DNA of 27,257 nucleotides from a virus. Taxonomy: Duplodnaviria > Caudoviricetes. The notes under the pieces are model-generated. The model had not been told where the DNA came from. It searched no databases and worked only from the letters and a program-made list of their open reading frames with translations. The first letter of the stretch is position 1, and every line of letters begins with the position of its first letter. The DNA lies in the IMG/VR virus record IMGVR_UViG_3300021180_000045, positions 1 to 27,257 of that record; one strand, given 5' to 3'. This document shows positions 6,772 through 15,111 of the stretch, piece by piece. The position numbers and the translations under genes are program-made.

Positions 6772-7485
6772 TCAATGAGCCATGATGGCAATGTCAACAC
6801 GGGCTTTTGCTGAATTCCCGCCGCACGCCACACATGCGCTGCAGGTTGTTTTGAAGCCCGCCTCTTTTGACGCGGGGCATGAGATCTCGCGAGGTTGAAG
6901 AGCGTCGTTGGTGTCGCGAACACGGAAAAGGCGATAACCAAGCTTGCGGGCTTGAACGCCTTCGAGAACCGTTTCAACGCTCGCCATGACAAGCTCAGAC
7001 CATGCATGGTCGGCAGTCTTCCAATTGTGGACATAGCCCGTATGGCCCGAACAATCGGCTGAAACCTCACGCCACATGGCGAGCGGCGCAGCCGAAGGAT
7101 TGCCATAAGAGCCGAGACGCAGTTTCTTTCCGGCGAGCAAGCGGCGCCCCTCGTCCGGGCTTACCATCGGGTAAATGCCCCGATGGAAACTGCGGTACAC
7201 CCAATTAGGCGCCTGAAACGTCTTGACGTAGCAGGGGCGTTTTTTGCCGCGGGCTTTGTAGTGCGATGGTCTGAGGTTGCAATCACCACAGACCGAAACG
7301 TCTTGGCCAGACTTGACCGCGAGATGGGGCGCGATGTCCGACCGCATAATCCAAGTCTGGACCATATCGCCGGTTTTGGCGTTTTTTGACTTGCCAGCGA
7401 TTCCGGTCGCAATCACCACGATGGGCGCGCCATCGATCAAGCTCGCGCCTTGCCAGAGAATTGCGCCATTAACTTGTGGTTTCAT
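6772..7485 (-). CDS. Cys-rich Gp88-like / radical-SAM-related phage protein
   Basis: NAKTGDMVQTWI, CGDC-x14-CY, LRLGSYGNP, HTGYVHNW, MASV, CPAS...CSACVAC, terminal IAIMAH; start 7485 is 9 nt after GGAG. Confidence 0.7.
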   Translation of the reverse strand: MKPQVNGAILWQGASLIDGAPIVVIATGIAGKSKNAKTGDMVQTWIMRSDIAPHLAVKSGQDVSVCGDCNLRPSHYKARGKKRPCYVKTFQAPNWVYRSFHRGIYPMVSPDEGRRLLAGKKLRLGSYGNPSAAPLAMWREVSADCSGHTGYVHNWKTADHAWSELVMASVETVLEGVQARKLGYRLFRVRDTNDALQPREISCPASKEAGFKTTCSACVACGGNSAKARVDIAIMAH

Positions 7486-7524
7486 TTGGGTCATCTCCAA
7501 TGGGCCGAATCGCCCATGGGCGCT

Positions 7525-7553
7525 AATTTAGTCTATCTCATCGTCCTTATCAA
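7525..7553 (-). promoter_or_regulatory. Sigma70-like early promoter TTGATA-N17-TAAATT
   Basis: Near-copy of 5877-5905; followed by an ATGGGC/GCCCAT hairpin and the shared leader. Confidence 0.75.
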
Positions 7554-7695
7554 GGGGCGAGCGCTAGAGAAATATGAGTTTTTTGGTTAGTTGACATGGT
7601 TTTCAGAAATGCTGTGATGCTGTAACCCATGCGTTACCCCGCGCGCTTGACCTGGCGCTTCACATTAATGATATCAATGGGTTAGCACGATGGAA

Positions 7696-7778
7696 CGCCT
7701 GATAGCCTATCAGGCGCTTGGCGCAGGAACGAAGCGCGCTTCATACATCTTGCTCATGCTGTGATACAGCATGAGCAA
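7696..7778. repeat. Cluster of three perfect palindromes in the divergent intergenic region
   Basis: CGCCTGATAG-c-CTATCAGGCG (7696-7716); GAAGCGCGCTTC (7731-7742); TTGCTCATGCTGT-gat-ACAGCATGAGCAA (7750-7778). Confidence 0.85.
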
Positions 7779-7913
7779 TGGAGTGGGGGACAGTTCCCTT
7801 GTGTGAAATGCCTATTGAGATCGTCGTCGAGGCCCCCCAGGGCGCCCGCCCTTGAGGGGTCCGGCTCCGGGGTGGTAGACCGTCGATGCACGTGGAAAAT
7901 TAAAGTACATAAA

Positions 7914-8405
7914 ATGTCAGACCATCCACATCTCACCCTGGTGGACGCCAACACCCCGTCTGACGCCGATGAATACCTACCGCTGCCATTCTATCCGTGG
8001 GATGAGCGTCCACCGACCCTGCCCATCGACGCGGATGAGGCAGCAACCGCTCTCTATCTCGCGAAGGGCGTCCTGCAGCAGGCAGCCGCCTTGCTCAAGG
8101 TTGCCGACATGCGCCTGCGCCGCCTGATCCAGCAGAGCCCGCGCCTGCAGCGCATCCAGACCGAGCAATATGGGCTTGCGGTTGATCGATCCGCCGGAAA
8201 ATATATCGAAGCGCTGGACGCCCCCGACGCCCGCAGGCAGGAATGGGGGGCGAAGAACATTCTCGCCAGCCGCGCCGCGATCGGCCATCCGTTCTCTCCC
8301 GCTCCCGCCCAACCTACCCAGTCCACCACCCTTACCCTGACTGACCGCACCATCACCTACCGCTGGCGGACTGACCAGGACCCTGATCCGAACGACGATG
8401 CTTGA
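7914..8405 (+). CDS. Putative terminase small subunit (HTH plus helical region)
   Basis: Position before TerL; ALYLAKGVLQQAAALLKVADMRLRRLI is a Fis-like HTH; start re-called at 7914. Confidence 0.6.
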   Translation: MSDHPHLTLVDANTPSDADEYLPLPFYPWDERPPTLPIDADEAATALYLAKGVLQQAAALLKVADMRLRRLIQQSPRLQRIQTEQYGLAVDRSAGKYIEALDAPDARRQEWGAKNILASRAAIGHPFSPAPAQPTQSTTLTLTDRTITYRWRTDQDPDPNDDA

Positions 8406-8505
8406 TCCCGTCTGGTTCGCTGCGGGCTGCTTGGCGGCTCCCGCCATCGTCGCCGTGCTGTTCTTCGCCGTCATCGGCTGGCAGAAGCTCCGTGATCGCG
8501 CCTGA
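8398..8505 (+). CDS. 35-aa membrane peptide between TerS and TerL
   Basis: MLDPVWFAAGCLAAPAIVAVLFFAVIGWQKLRDRA; overlaps both neighbours. Confidence 0.55.
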   Translation: MLDPVWFAAGCLAAPAIVAVLFFAVIGWQKLRDRA

Positions 8506-9790
8506 CGAGACCATCATCCTGCCTTACAAGCCCCGGCGTCACTTCACCCCCGTGCATGACAGCCCGAAGCGCTGGAAATTTGTTGTTGCGCACAGACGGG
8601 CCGGAAAAACCGTCGCCCTGGTCAACCAGCTGATCCGCGCCGCGCTCGGCAACCCCCGCGTCACTCCTCCTCCGCGCTACGCCTATATCGGCCCCTCGTT
8701 CGACCAGACCAAGGACCTCTGCTGGGCTTATCTGAAGGAGTTCACCGCCAATGTCCCGGGCATTTCCTACCTCGAAGGCGAGCTTACCGTCCGCTTCCCC
8801 AGAGGCGCCACCATCCGTCTCTATGGCGGGGCCCTGGCTTACGAACGGATGCGAGGGATCTACCTGGATGGAGCGGTCCTCGATGAATATCCCTTACTTG
8901 CCCCGCGGGCCTTCACCTCGGTGGTTCGACCTTGCCTTGCCGACTACCGCGGATTTGCGATTGTGTCGGGCACCTCCGCGGGCGATGATCACTTCCATCA
9001 GCTGATGGTCCGCAGCGAAGGCGATCCCGGCTGGGACATCTTCGACATCAAGATCACCGACACCGGATCCGACGCGCTCTCTCCCGACGAGGTCGAGGAG
9101 ATGCGCCAGGATATGTCTCCGGATGAGTTCGCCCGCGAGATGCTGAACTCGTTCGACGCCCCGGTCGAAGGCGCGTATTACGTCGAGCAGCTGAACATCC
9201 TCCAGGCCCAGAACCGGGTGTGCAAGGTCAGCCCGGACCTCTCTACGGGCGTGATCACGTCCTGGGATCTCGGCATGCGCCATCTCCAGGTGATCTGGAG
9301 CTTCCAGGTGGCTGGAAGAGAAATTCACTGGATCGACTACATCGAGGGCCGCGGCAAGAACCTCTCCTATTACGCCGAGCTGCTCGCCCTGAAGGCCCAG
9401 ACCCACGGCTATTCCTACCGCGCCCACCTCTTGCCGCACGACGTCGAGGTGCGCGAACTCTCCACCGGCAAGAGCCGCCGCCATGAACTCACCAGCCTGC
9501 TCAGCGAGCCGATCATCACCGTGCCCAACCATTCGACCGAGGACGGCGTCTCGGCCTCCCGGGGGATCCTTGGAATAAGCTGGTTCGACGAGACCGCTTG
9601 TCGTAAGGGTTTGGCGCGTCTTCGGTCGTACCGTCGAGGAAAGTCGGGCGCAGCAGTGCCTGATGAGGCCGAAGACGCAGCCGACGCCTTCCGCACCGGC
9701 TGCGTCGGGCTTCCCCTCATCGCCGGGGGCTCCCTCTCCAGCGGTCTTGCTGGTCAGCGCCTCCGGCGTCGGCTCCGGGGCCTCGTCTGA
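8492..9790 (+). CDS. terL: Terminase large subunit
   Basis: Walker A VAHRRAGKT, Walker B GAVLDE, coupling SGT, nuclease SWDLG, LPHD, DAADAFR; start re-called at GTG 8492. Confidence 0.95.
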   Translation: MIAPDETIILPYKPRRHFTPVHDSPKRWKFVVAHRRAGKTVALVNQLIRAALGNPRVTPPPRYAYIGPSFDQTKDLCWAYLKEFTANVPGISYLEGELTVRFPRGATIRLYGGALAYERMRGIYLDGAVLDEYPLLAPRAFTSVVRPCLADYRGFAIVSGTSAGDDHFHQLMVRSEGDPGWDIFDIKITDTGSDALSPDEVEEMRQDMSPDEFAREMLNSFDAPVEGAYYVEQLNILQAQNRVCKVSPDLSTGVITSWDLGMRHLQVIWSFQVAGREIHWIDYIEGRGKNLSYYAELLALKAQTHGYSYRAHLLPHDVEVRELSTGKSRRHELTSLLSEPIITVPNHSTEDGVSASRGILGISWFDETACRKGLARLRSYRRGKSGAAVPDEAEDAADAFRTGCVGLPLIAGGSLSSGLAGQRLRRRLRGLV

Positions 9791-10062
9791 TGGTCGGCTC
9801 CGCGCATCTCGCCGGAACCCCCGAACACATCCTTGACACGCACCCGGGCCAAGCTCACTTTGCCCTCCCCAATGGAACTCACACCTGCAGGGAGTGTCAG
9901 TTTTGGGGGAACAGCCTGGGACGCCACCGGATCGGGACGATGCTGCGCCCGGCCTATTGCCGGAAGGCGCGACAATTGACCCATACGCGGACCCCGGCGG
10001 TGCCGCACAACGCCCGGGAATGTCGGCATTTCAGGGTGAGCCTGCTCCCACCCGAAATCTAG
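9790..10062 (+). CDS. Small Cys-containing (Zn-binding?) protein
   Basis: TCRECQFW...C.K...ECRHF; TGATG coupling. Confidence 0.75.
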   Translation: MVGSAHLAGTPEHILDTHPGQAHFALPNGTHTCRECQFWGNSLGRHRIGTMLRPAYCRKARQLTHTRTPAVPHNARECRHFRVSLLPPEI

Positions 10063-10076
10063 ACCTCTTGGCCGAG

Positions 10077-10232
10077 ATGAACGAGCCGTTGGAGCTGATG
10101 ATCGCGATCGAGCGGATCGCCATCTTCTCGATCGGCCGCCTCACCCGAACCCACCAGCCCGCCGAATCGTGGCAAGCGGTCGCCAGCTTCGCCAAGGCCT
10201 GCGTCCACGAACTGAAGGTCCTCAACCGATGA
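10077..10232 (+). CDS. Hypothetical protein (51 aa)
   Basis: MNEPLELMIAIERIAIFSIG...; stop overlaps the next ATG. Confidence 0.55.
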   Translation: MNEPLELMIAIERIAIFSIGRLTRTHQPAESWQAVASFAKACVHELKVLNR

Positions 10233-10396
10233 AACTCTCTGGTCCGCTGACGCCGCGGCTCGCCCGGCAAGGTCCGCAAGGGGTCAAGCCGAAGCCGCCC
10301 GACTGGAAGCCGTCCCATCAGACGACGTCGATGCCGATGCGGCCGACCGGCGGCCGTCCGTGTGGCAAGCCGAGCGCGACGCCGCGGCCGCGCTAA
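10229..10396 (+). CDS. Small basic Pro-rich protein (55 aa)
   Basis: MKLSGPLTPRLARQGPQGVKPKPPDWKP...; ATGA and TAATG couplings. Confidence 0.55.
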   Translation: MKLSGPLTPRLARQGPQGVKPKPPDWKPSHQTTSMPMRPTGGRPCGKPSATPRPR

Positions 10397-10908
10397 TGTT
10401 CCTCGATGCGCACGAGGATAAATTCGTTCCGGAGCCCAACACCGGGTGCTTGATCTGGACTGGAAGCTGTCGCGGGGAGGCTCGATATCTTCAGCCTCAA
10501 GTCAGGGTTGGCAAAACGACCAAAGGGGTAGCGCGTTTGGTGTGTGAGGAGGTCAATGGGCCTCCTCCGACGCTTGAACACCATGCCGCGCACAACACGC
10601 CGAATGGTTGTATTGGCAATCTCTGTGTGAATGGAGGTCATTTGCGCTGGGCGACGCCGTCTGAAAATACGTTGGATATTCCAAAGGAGGTTCTTGTAGG
10701 CAGAGCTGCGCGAATGAACGCCAATTTTTCTTCAGAACAGCGAAGTGAGAGCCAGAGAGGTGAAAGATACGAGGCATCAGTTCTGGGTTTGAGGTTTTAT
10801 TTTACCGGCCAACCCTGCCGCCGTGGACATATAGACAAACGTTATGTAAGTAGCGGAGTTTGTCTTTCTTGTAGCGACGAAGATTACTCAAAGAGAAGGT
10901 CAGGTTAG
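10396..10908 (+). CDS. HNH (His-Me finger) homing-type endonuclease with C-terminal Zn-binding module
   Basis: PEPNTGCLIWTG, ARLVCE, HAAH, CVN..HLRWAT.SEN..D; C-terminal YFTGQPCRRGH...RYVS.G.CLSC; AT-rich. Confidence 0.85.
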   Translation: MFLDAHEDKFVPEPNTGCLIWTGSCRGEARYLQPQVRVGKTTKGVARLVCEEVNGPPPTLEHHAAHNTPNGCIGNLCVNGGHLRWATPSENTLDIPKEVLVGRAARMNANFSSEQRSESQRGERYEASVLGLRFYFTGQPCRRGHIDKRYVSSGVCLSCSDEDYSKRRSG

Positions 10909-13734
10909 ATGGCCCTAGAAAGAATATTCGCCGCGAGCTTTAAAGACTCGAGCAACGCGAACACCTCAGCCTATGACCCTTTAGATCCGCAAAGCTATGA
11001 GCAATTCATCCAAGCGATGATCAATGATAGTCGTGATTATGAAGGAAGCGTATTAGCAAGAGATCGCAACGAGAGCCAGTTGTATTACTATGGCCTCAAA
11101 CCCTCTCTCAATCCCAACGGTTCGCCTTATTCCGACACGATGATCGTCGAGGATCCGACTGCGACCTACGAAGAGATCCTCGGTTACGACAGCGAGAGCG
11201 TCAATCGATCGACTTACGTCTCGACCGACGTCCGCGATGCGGTGATGCTGACGCTTCCGAGCCTCGTGCGTCTATTTGGCGCGACCGAGAATCCGGTCAG
11301 CCTTGTCCCCAGGAGTCAAGAAGAGGTCGACGAGGCCGAGCAGGCGACCGATTACGTCAACTATACTTTCTGGAACGACAATCCGGGTTTTCTTATTCTA
11401 TACGGCGCTTTTAAAGACGCCCTCACTGTAAAAACTGGTTTTATCAAATGGTGGACGGACGACCACAAGGAAAAGAAGCGCAAGACTTTCCTCAATATTA
11501 CCCGCGACCAGATTCAGATGGTGCTGGCCGAGGATCCGACCGCGAGGATCATCGATGTTGGCAAGCCACAACGCGCACCCATGGCTGCGCCGCCACCAAT
11601 CCCGCCCCCTATGGGTCCACCGCCATCTCTATCGCCGCCTTCACCGGGTAATTTACCGCCCGGACCTTCCGTTGGACCCCCTGGTGCGCCTCCGGGTTCG
11701 CCGTCAGGACCGATGGCTGGATCGCCTGCGCAACCGGCGCAGGGCGCGGGGCCGCCGCTAACGCCGGGGGGACCACCCCCAGCATCAGGCGCGCCAGCGG
11801 GACCTCCTCCTGGTCCGATGGCTGGCGCGCCGCCTCCCCAGCTGCCGAGCCTGCCGCCAACCCCGCCGGTGTTTTACAAGCACGTGACCTTCGAGTTCGA
11901 GGTCAAGAAGCCGGTGATCAAGATCTCTGGCGTCCCTCCGGAGGAGATGCGGCTCGATCGTTACGCCCGCACGTTTCGAGAGAGCCGCATCGTCGGCCAT
12001 GAGCGGGTGGTGCCGGTCGATCAGATGATCGCCATGGGCTACGACCGCGAACTCTGCATGCAGTACATCCAGTCGCAGCAGATCCAAGAGTTCACCATGG
12101 AGAGCCAGCTCCGCAACCCTGGCAGGTATATGTCGACCCGGGTCGGTGACGGAGTGCTCTATGGCGAATGGTACATCCGGATCGACAAAGACGGCGACGG
12201 GGTGCCGGAACTGCGCCACATTTGCACGATGGGCGAAGTCCATGAAATCGTGGTTGACGAAGAGGCCAACCGGATCAAATTCGCCCTCTTCTCCCCGGAT
12301 CCCATCTCTCACACCATCGTCGGCGACTCGCTGGCCGACTACGTTGAAGACATCCAGAGGATCAAGACCAACATGATGCGCGGGGTGCTCGATTCGCTTG
12401 CCGAATCGATCAACCCCAAGACCGTGATCAACGAGCTGACCGTCACCGTCGACGATGCGCTCAACGACGATCTCGGCGCCGTCATCCGCACCCGCGGCAA
12501 TCCCAAAGATTCGGTGATGTTCACCAATCTGCCGTTCGTTGGCCAGCAGGCGCTGCCGGTGGTGCAGGCGCTCGACGCGACGCTCGCCAAACGCACTGGT
12601 CTCACCGACGCGGCGCGCGGGCTCGACCCGAAGGCCTTGCAAAGCTCCACCCAGCTCGGCGTCGAGGCGATCATCAACGGCGCGCAAGAGCGCATCGAGA
12701 TGATGGCGCGGATCTTGTGCGAGACCGGCTTCCGCGATTTGTTCTCCGGGCTCTACAACGAGTGCTGCGAGAACCCGAATCAGCAGCGGACGCTGAAGAT
12801 TCGCGGCAAGTTCGTGCCTTACGACACCGGCACCTTCGACGCCTCGATGGCGGTTGAGGTCAACGCTAACCTCGGCAAGGGTTCGGATCTGGTGCGGATG
12901 CTGGCGCTCAACCAGATCAAGCAGGACCAGCAGCTGATCGTCACCACCTACGGGATGAACAATCCGGTCTGCGGCATTCCTGAACTCTTGAACACCATCA
13001 CCGACATGCTCGCCTTGGCGAATGTGAAGAACGTCGGCCGCTACTTCAAGACGCCGACGCCGCAGCAGATGGCGGCGATCATGAATGCGCCGAAGCAGCC
13101 TGACCCGGCGGCGATGCAGGCTCAGGCGATGCTGGAGAAGGTTCGCTCCGAGACCGCCAAAGCGGTCGGCCAGCAGGACATTGATCGGCAGAAGATGCAG
13201 CTCGAACATCAGTTCAAGCAGCAGGATCTCGCCGAGCGCACCTTCTACGATCAGAATAAGCTGATGATCGAGGGCCGCAAGGTCGACGTCGACCACATTA
13301 CCAAGCTCGGCGCGCTTGGCAGCCAGTTGATGAAGGATCAGTCCGACAGCGATCAGAATGACGTCGAGAACCAGATCAACATGGCGGGGGCTCAGAACGA
13401 CGCCGACGCCCAGCGGCAGCAGCATCAGCAGGCGCAGAACGACGCGCAGCTCAAGGCGGCGCAGCTCGCCAGCCAGCACATGCAGAAAATGGCCCAGGTT
13501 CACTCGGGCCACGTCCAGGCGATGACCCAGATGGCGGCCCAGCACCATCAGGCGATGACCGGCCATGCGGTGCAGCACGCCAAGACGGTGGTTGGAGCGC
13601 TCGCCGGGGTCGACGACAACGAGCACGAATCCCGAGAGAACGCGCTCGATCGGGATCATGACGAGCTGACCACTGCGGCGACGCTGGCCAATCAGCAGCG
13701 GGTGGTGAAGATGAGGCCGAGGCCCGCCGCATGA
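10909..13734 (+). CDS. Portal protein (941 aa) with Pro-rich insertion and Gln/His-rich tail
   Basis: VSTDVRDAV..LPSLVRLF, AEQATDYVNY, FKDAL..KTG..K.W, VPPEE, PISHTIVGDSLAD...DIQ.IKT, KRTG; position after TerL. Confidence 0.92.
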   Translation: MALERIFAASFKDSSNANTSAYDPLDPQSYEQFIQAMINDSRDYEGSVLARDRNESQLYYYGLKPSLNPNGSPYSDTMIVEDPTATYEEILGYDSESVNRSTYVSTDVRDAVMLTLPSLVRLFGATENPVSLVPRSQEEVDEAEQATDYVNYTFWNDNPGFLILYGAFKDALTVKTGFIKWWTDDHKEKKRKTFLNITRDQIQMVLAEDPTARIIDVGKPQRAPMAAPPPIPPPMGPPPSLSPPSPGNLPPGPSVGPPGAPPGSPSGPMAGSPAQPAQGAGPPLTPGGPPPASGAPAGPPPGPMAGAPPPQLPSLPPTPPVFYKHVTFEFEVKKPVIKISGVPPEEMRLDRYARTFRESRIVGHERVVPVDQMIAMGYDRELCMQYIQSQQIQEFTMESQLRNPGRYMSTRVGDGVLYGEWYIRIDKDGDGVPELRHICTMGEVHEIVVDEEANRIKFALFSPDPISHTIVGDSLADYVEDIQRIKTNMMRGVLDSLAESINPKTVINELTVTVDDALNDDLGAVIRTRGNPKDSVMFTNLPFVGQQALPVVQALDATLAKRTGLTDAARGLDPKALQSSTQLGVEAIINGAQERIEMMARILCETGFRDLFSGLYNECCENPNQQRTLKIRGKFVPYDTGTFDASMAVEVNANLGKGSDLVRMLALNQIKQDQQLIVTTYGMNNPVCGIPELLNTITDMLALANVKNVGRYFKTPTPQQMAAIMNAPKQPDPAAMQAQAMLEKVRSETAKAVGQQDIDRQKMQLEHQFKQQDLAERTFYDQNKLMIEGRKVDVDHITKLGALGSQLMKDQSDSDQNDVENQINMAGAQNDADAQRQQHQQAQNDAQLKAAQLASQHMQKMAQVHSGHVQAMTQMAAQHHQAMTGHAVQHAKTVVGALAGVDDNEHESRENALDRDHDELTTAATLANQQRVVKMRPRPAA

Positions 13735-13982
13735 CCGAGATGGCGCGCATCTCGCCGGAATTGCGCAAGGCCGACGCTGCCGCCGCGCAGGCTTTGCTCG
13801 ACGATCGGATCTTCATGAAGGCGATCATCGATCTTCGCAAGCAGTGGTTCGGCGAGCTGATGAACGAGGAGACGGCGCGCAAGCAGGATATGCTGGTTGC
13901 AAAGCTCAAGGCTTTGGAAGACATTCCGCTGCAACTGCAATCCTACGTCAACGCGCAGAAGATGGCGATGAAGAGTGCCTGA
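13731..13982 (+). CDS. Small helical protein following the portal
   Basis: AQALLDD..F..AI..LR..W; ATGA overlap. Confidence 0.75.
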   Translation: MTEMARISPELRKADAAAAQALLDDRIFMKAIIDLRKQWFGELMNEETARKQDMLVAKLKALEDIPLQLQSYVNAQKMAMKSA

Positions 13983-15096
13983 GGGTCTCGAACAAGCGAG
14001 AGATGCTTTCGCCAAGGAGCTGTCGCCTCAGATCGCGCCGCGTGATCAGGCGGGGAGATTCGTCGCCACTGAAGACAAGCCTCAACCGATGTTCGCCACC
14101 CGGTCGCTCGAAGGCGACCCGCTGACCGGCGACACCAGCGACGGCGGCGATAACGAGCGGTTGCGCGAGATCGAACAGGAGGTTGCAGATGGCAGGCTTG
14201 ACGAGAGGCAAGGGCGGCGAGCAGCTCAGGACGTCCAGAACCTACGCCGGACCCCCGCCGACGACCGACACGAGCCGACCGAGACAGAGCAAGGCGACGA
14301 GCTGCTCGACGACGAGCCCGTCGATGAAGCGCCAGCCGAAGACGACGGTGAAAAATACGAGGTAACCGTCGAGGGCGAGACCCAGCATGTTTCGCTGGTC
14401 GAGGCGCTGCGCGGCTATATCCGCCAGGAGACCTTCCACAAGCGTCTGCAGCAAATCAATCAGGAAAAGACCGGGGTCGACGCCGAGGCGCAGCGCCTTC
14501 GGCAGAATTGGCAGCACCTGATCAAGGCCCGGCAGGACTACGAGCAGGACATGCAGGCGATGATCCCCGCCGAGCCCAACTGGGATCAGGAATTCGCCCG
14601 CGATCCAGGGGCGGCGCACAACCATCAGAAGATTTTCGCGGCTCTCTACAGCAAGCTCGCCCAATCGCGGCAGCAGCGGGCTCAGTACGAGGCCTTCAAC
14701 GCTCAAGAGGAAGCCCGGCGCGTCGAACGCTACGCTGTCGATGGCTTTTCGAAATTCGTCATGGACAACAAAATCCCTGACGAGGCGACTCTGCAGAAGG
14801 AGTTGAAGTCGATGCGGCGGACCGCCGCAGCGGCTGGTTTTACGGAATACGAAGTCGCCACGGTCTATGACCCCAGGATGCTTACCGTCCTGCGCAAGGC
14901 GAGCAAGTATGATCGGATGACCGCAGCCACCAGACCAAGGGCTGTGATCCCCGGCAAAGGTCGGACGCTAACTCCAGGCGCGGCTACCCCCCTCAGTGGG
15001 AATGCAACCCGGAAGGGCCTCGACGACGCACTTCGCCGACAGGCGAGCAGTGGATCGCTTGATGCGACCACAGAAGTGTTTCGGAGATTGCTCTAA
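13975..15096 (+). CDS. Capsid scaffolding protein
   Basis: Acidic N-terminus with RDQAGRF, YEVTVEG...VSL.E..RGY.RQ..F, coiled coil, YDPR....L.KA..YD; directly before the MCP. Confidence 0.8.
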   Translation: MPEGLEQARDAFAKELSPQIAPRDQAGRFVATEDKPQPMFATRSLEGDPLTGDTSDGGDNERLREIEQEVADGRLDERQGRRAAQDVQNLRRTPADDRHEPTETEQGDELLDDEPVDEAPAEDDGEKYEVTVEGETQHVSLVEALRGYIRQETFHKRLQQINQEKTGVDAEAQRLRQNWQHLIKARQDYEQDMQAMIPAEPNWDQEFARDPGAAHNHQKIFAALYSKLAQSRQQRAQYEAFNAQEEARRVERYAVDGFSKFVMDNKIPDEATLQKELKSMRRTAAAAGFTEYEVATVYDPRMLTVLRKASKYDRMTAATRPRAVIPGKGRTLTPGAATPLSGNATRKGLDDALRRQASSGSLDATTEVFRRLL

Positions 15097-15111
15097 CCCC
15101 CGGGGAGACCC

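Noticed and set aside
11563-11872. Intein or intron in the portal
   Set aside because: No C/S...HN splice motifs; frame open; low-complexity Pro-rich sequence
11785-13659. 624-aa antisense ORF, and similar long antisense ORFs at 19704-21317, 24002-25078 and 26061-27251
   Set aside because: Shadows of GC-rich sense genes; no motifs and biased composition
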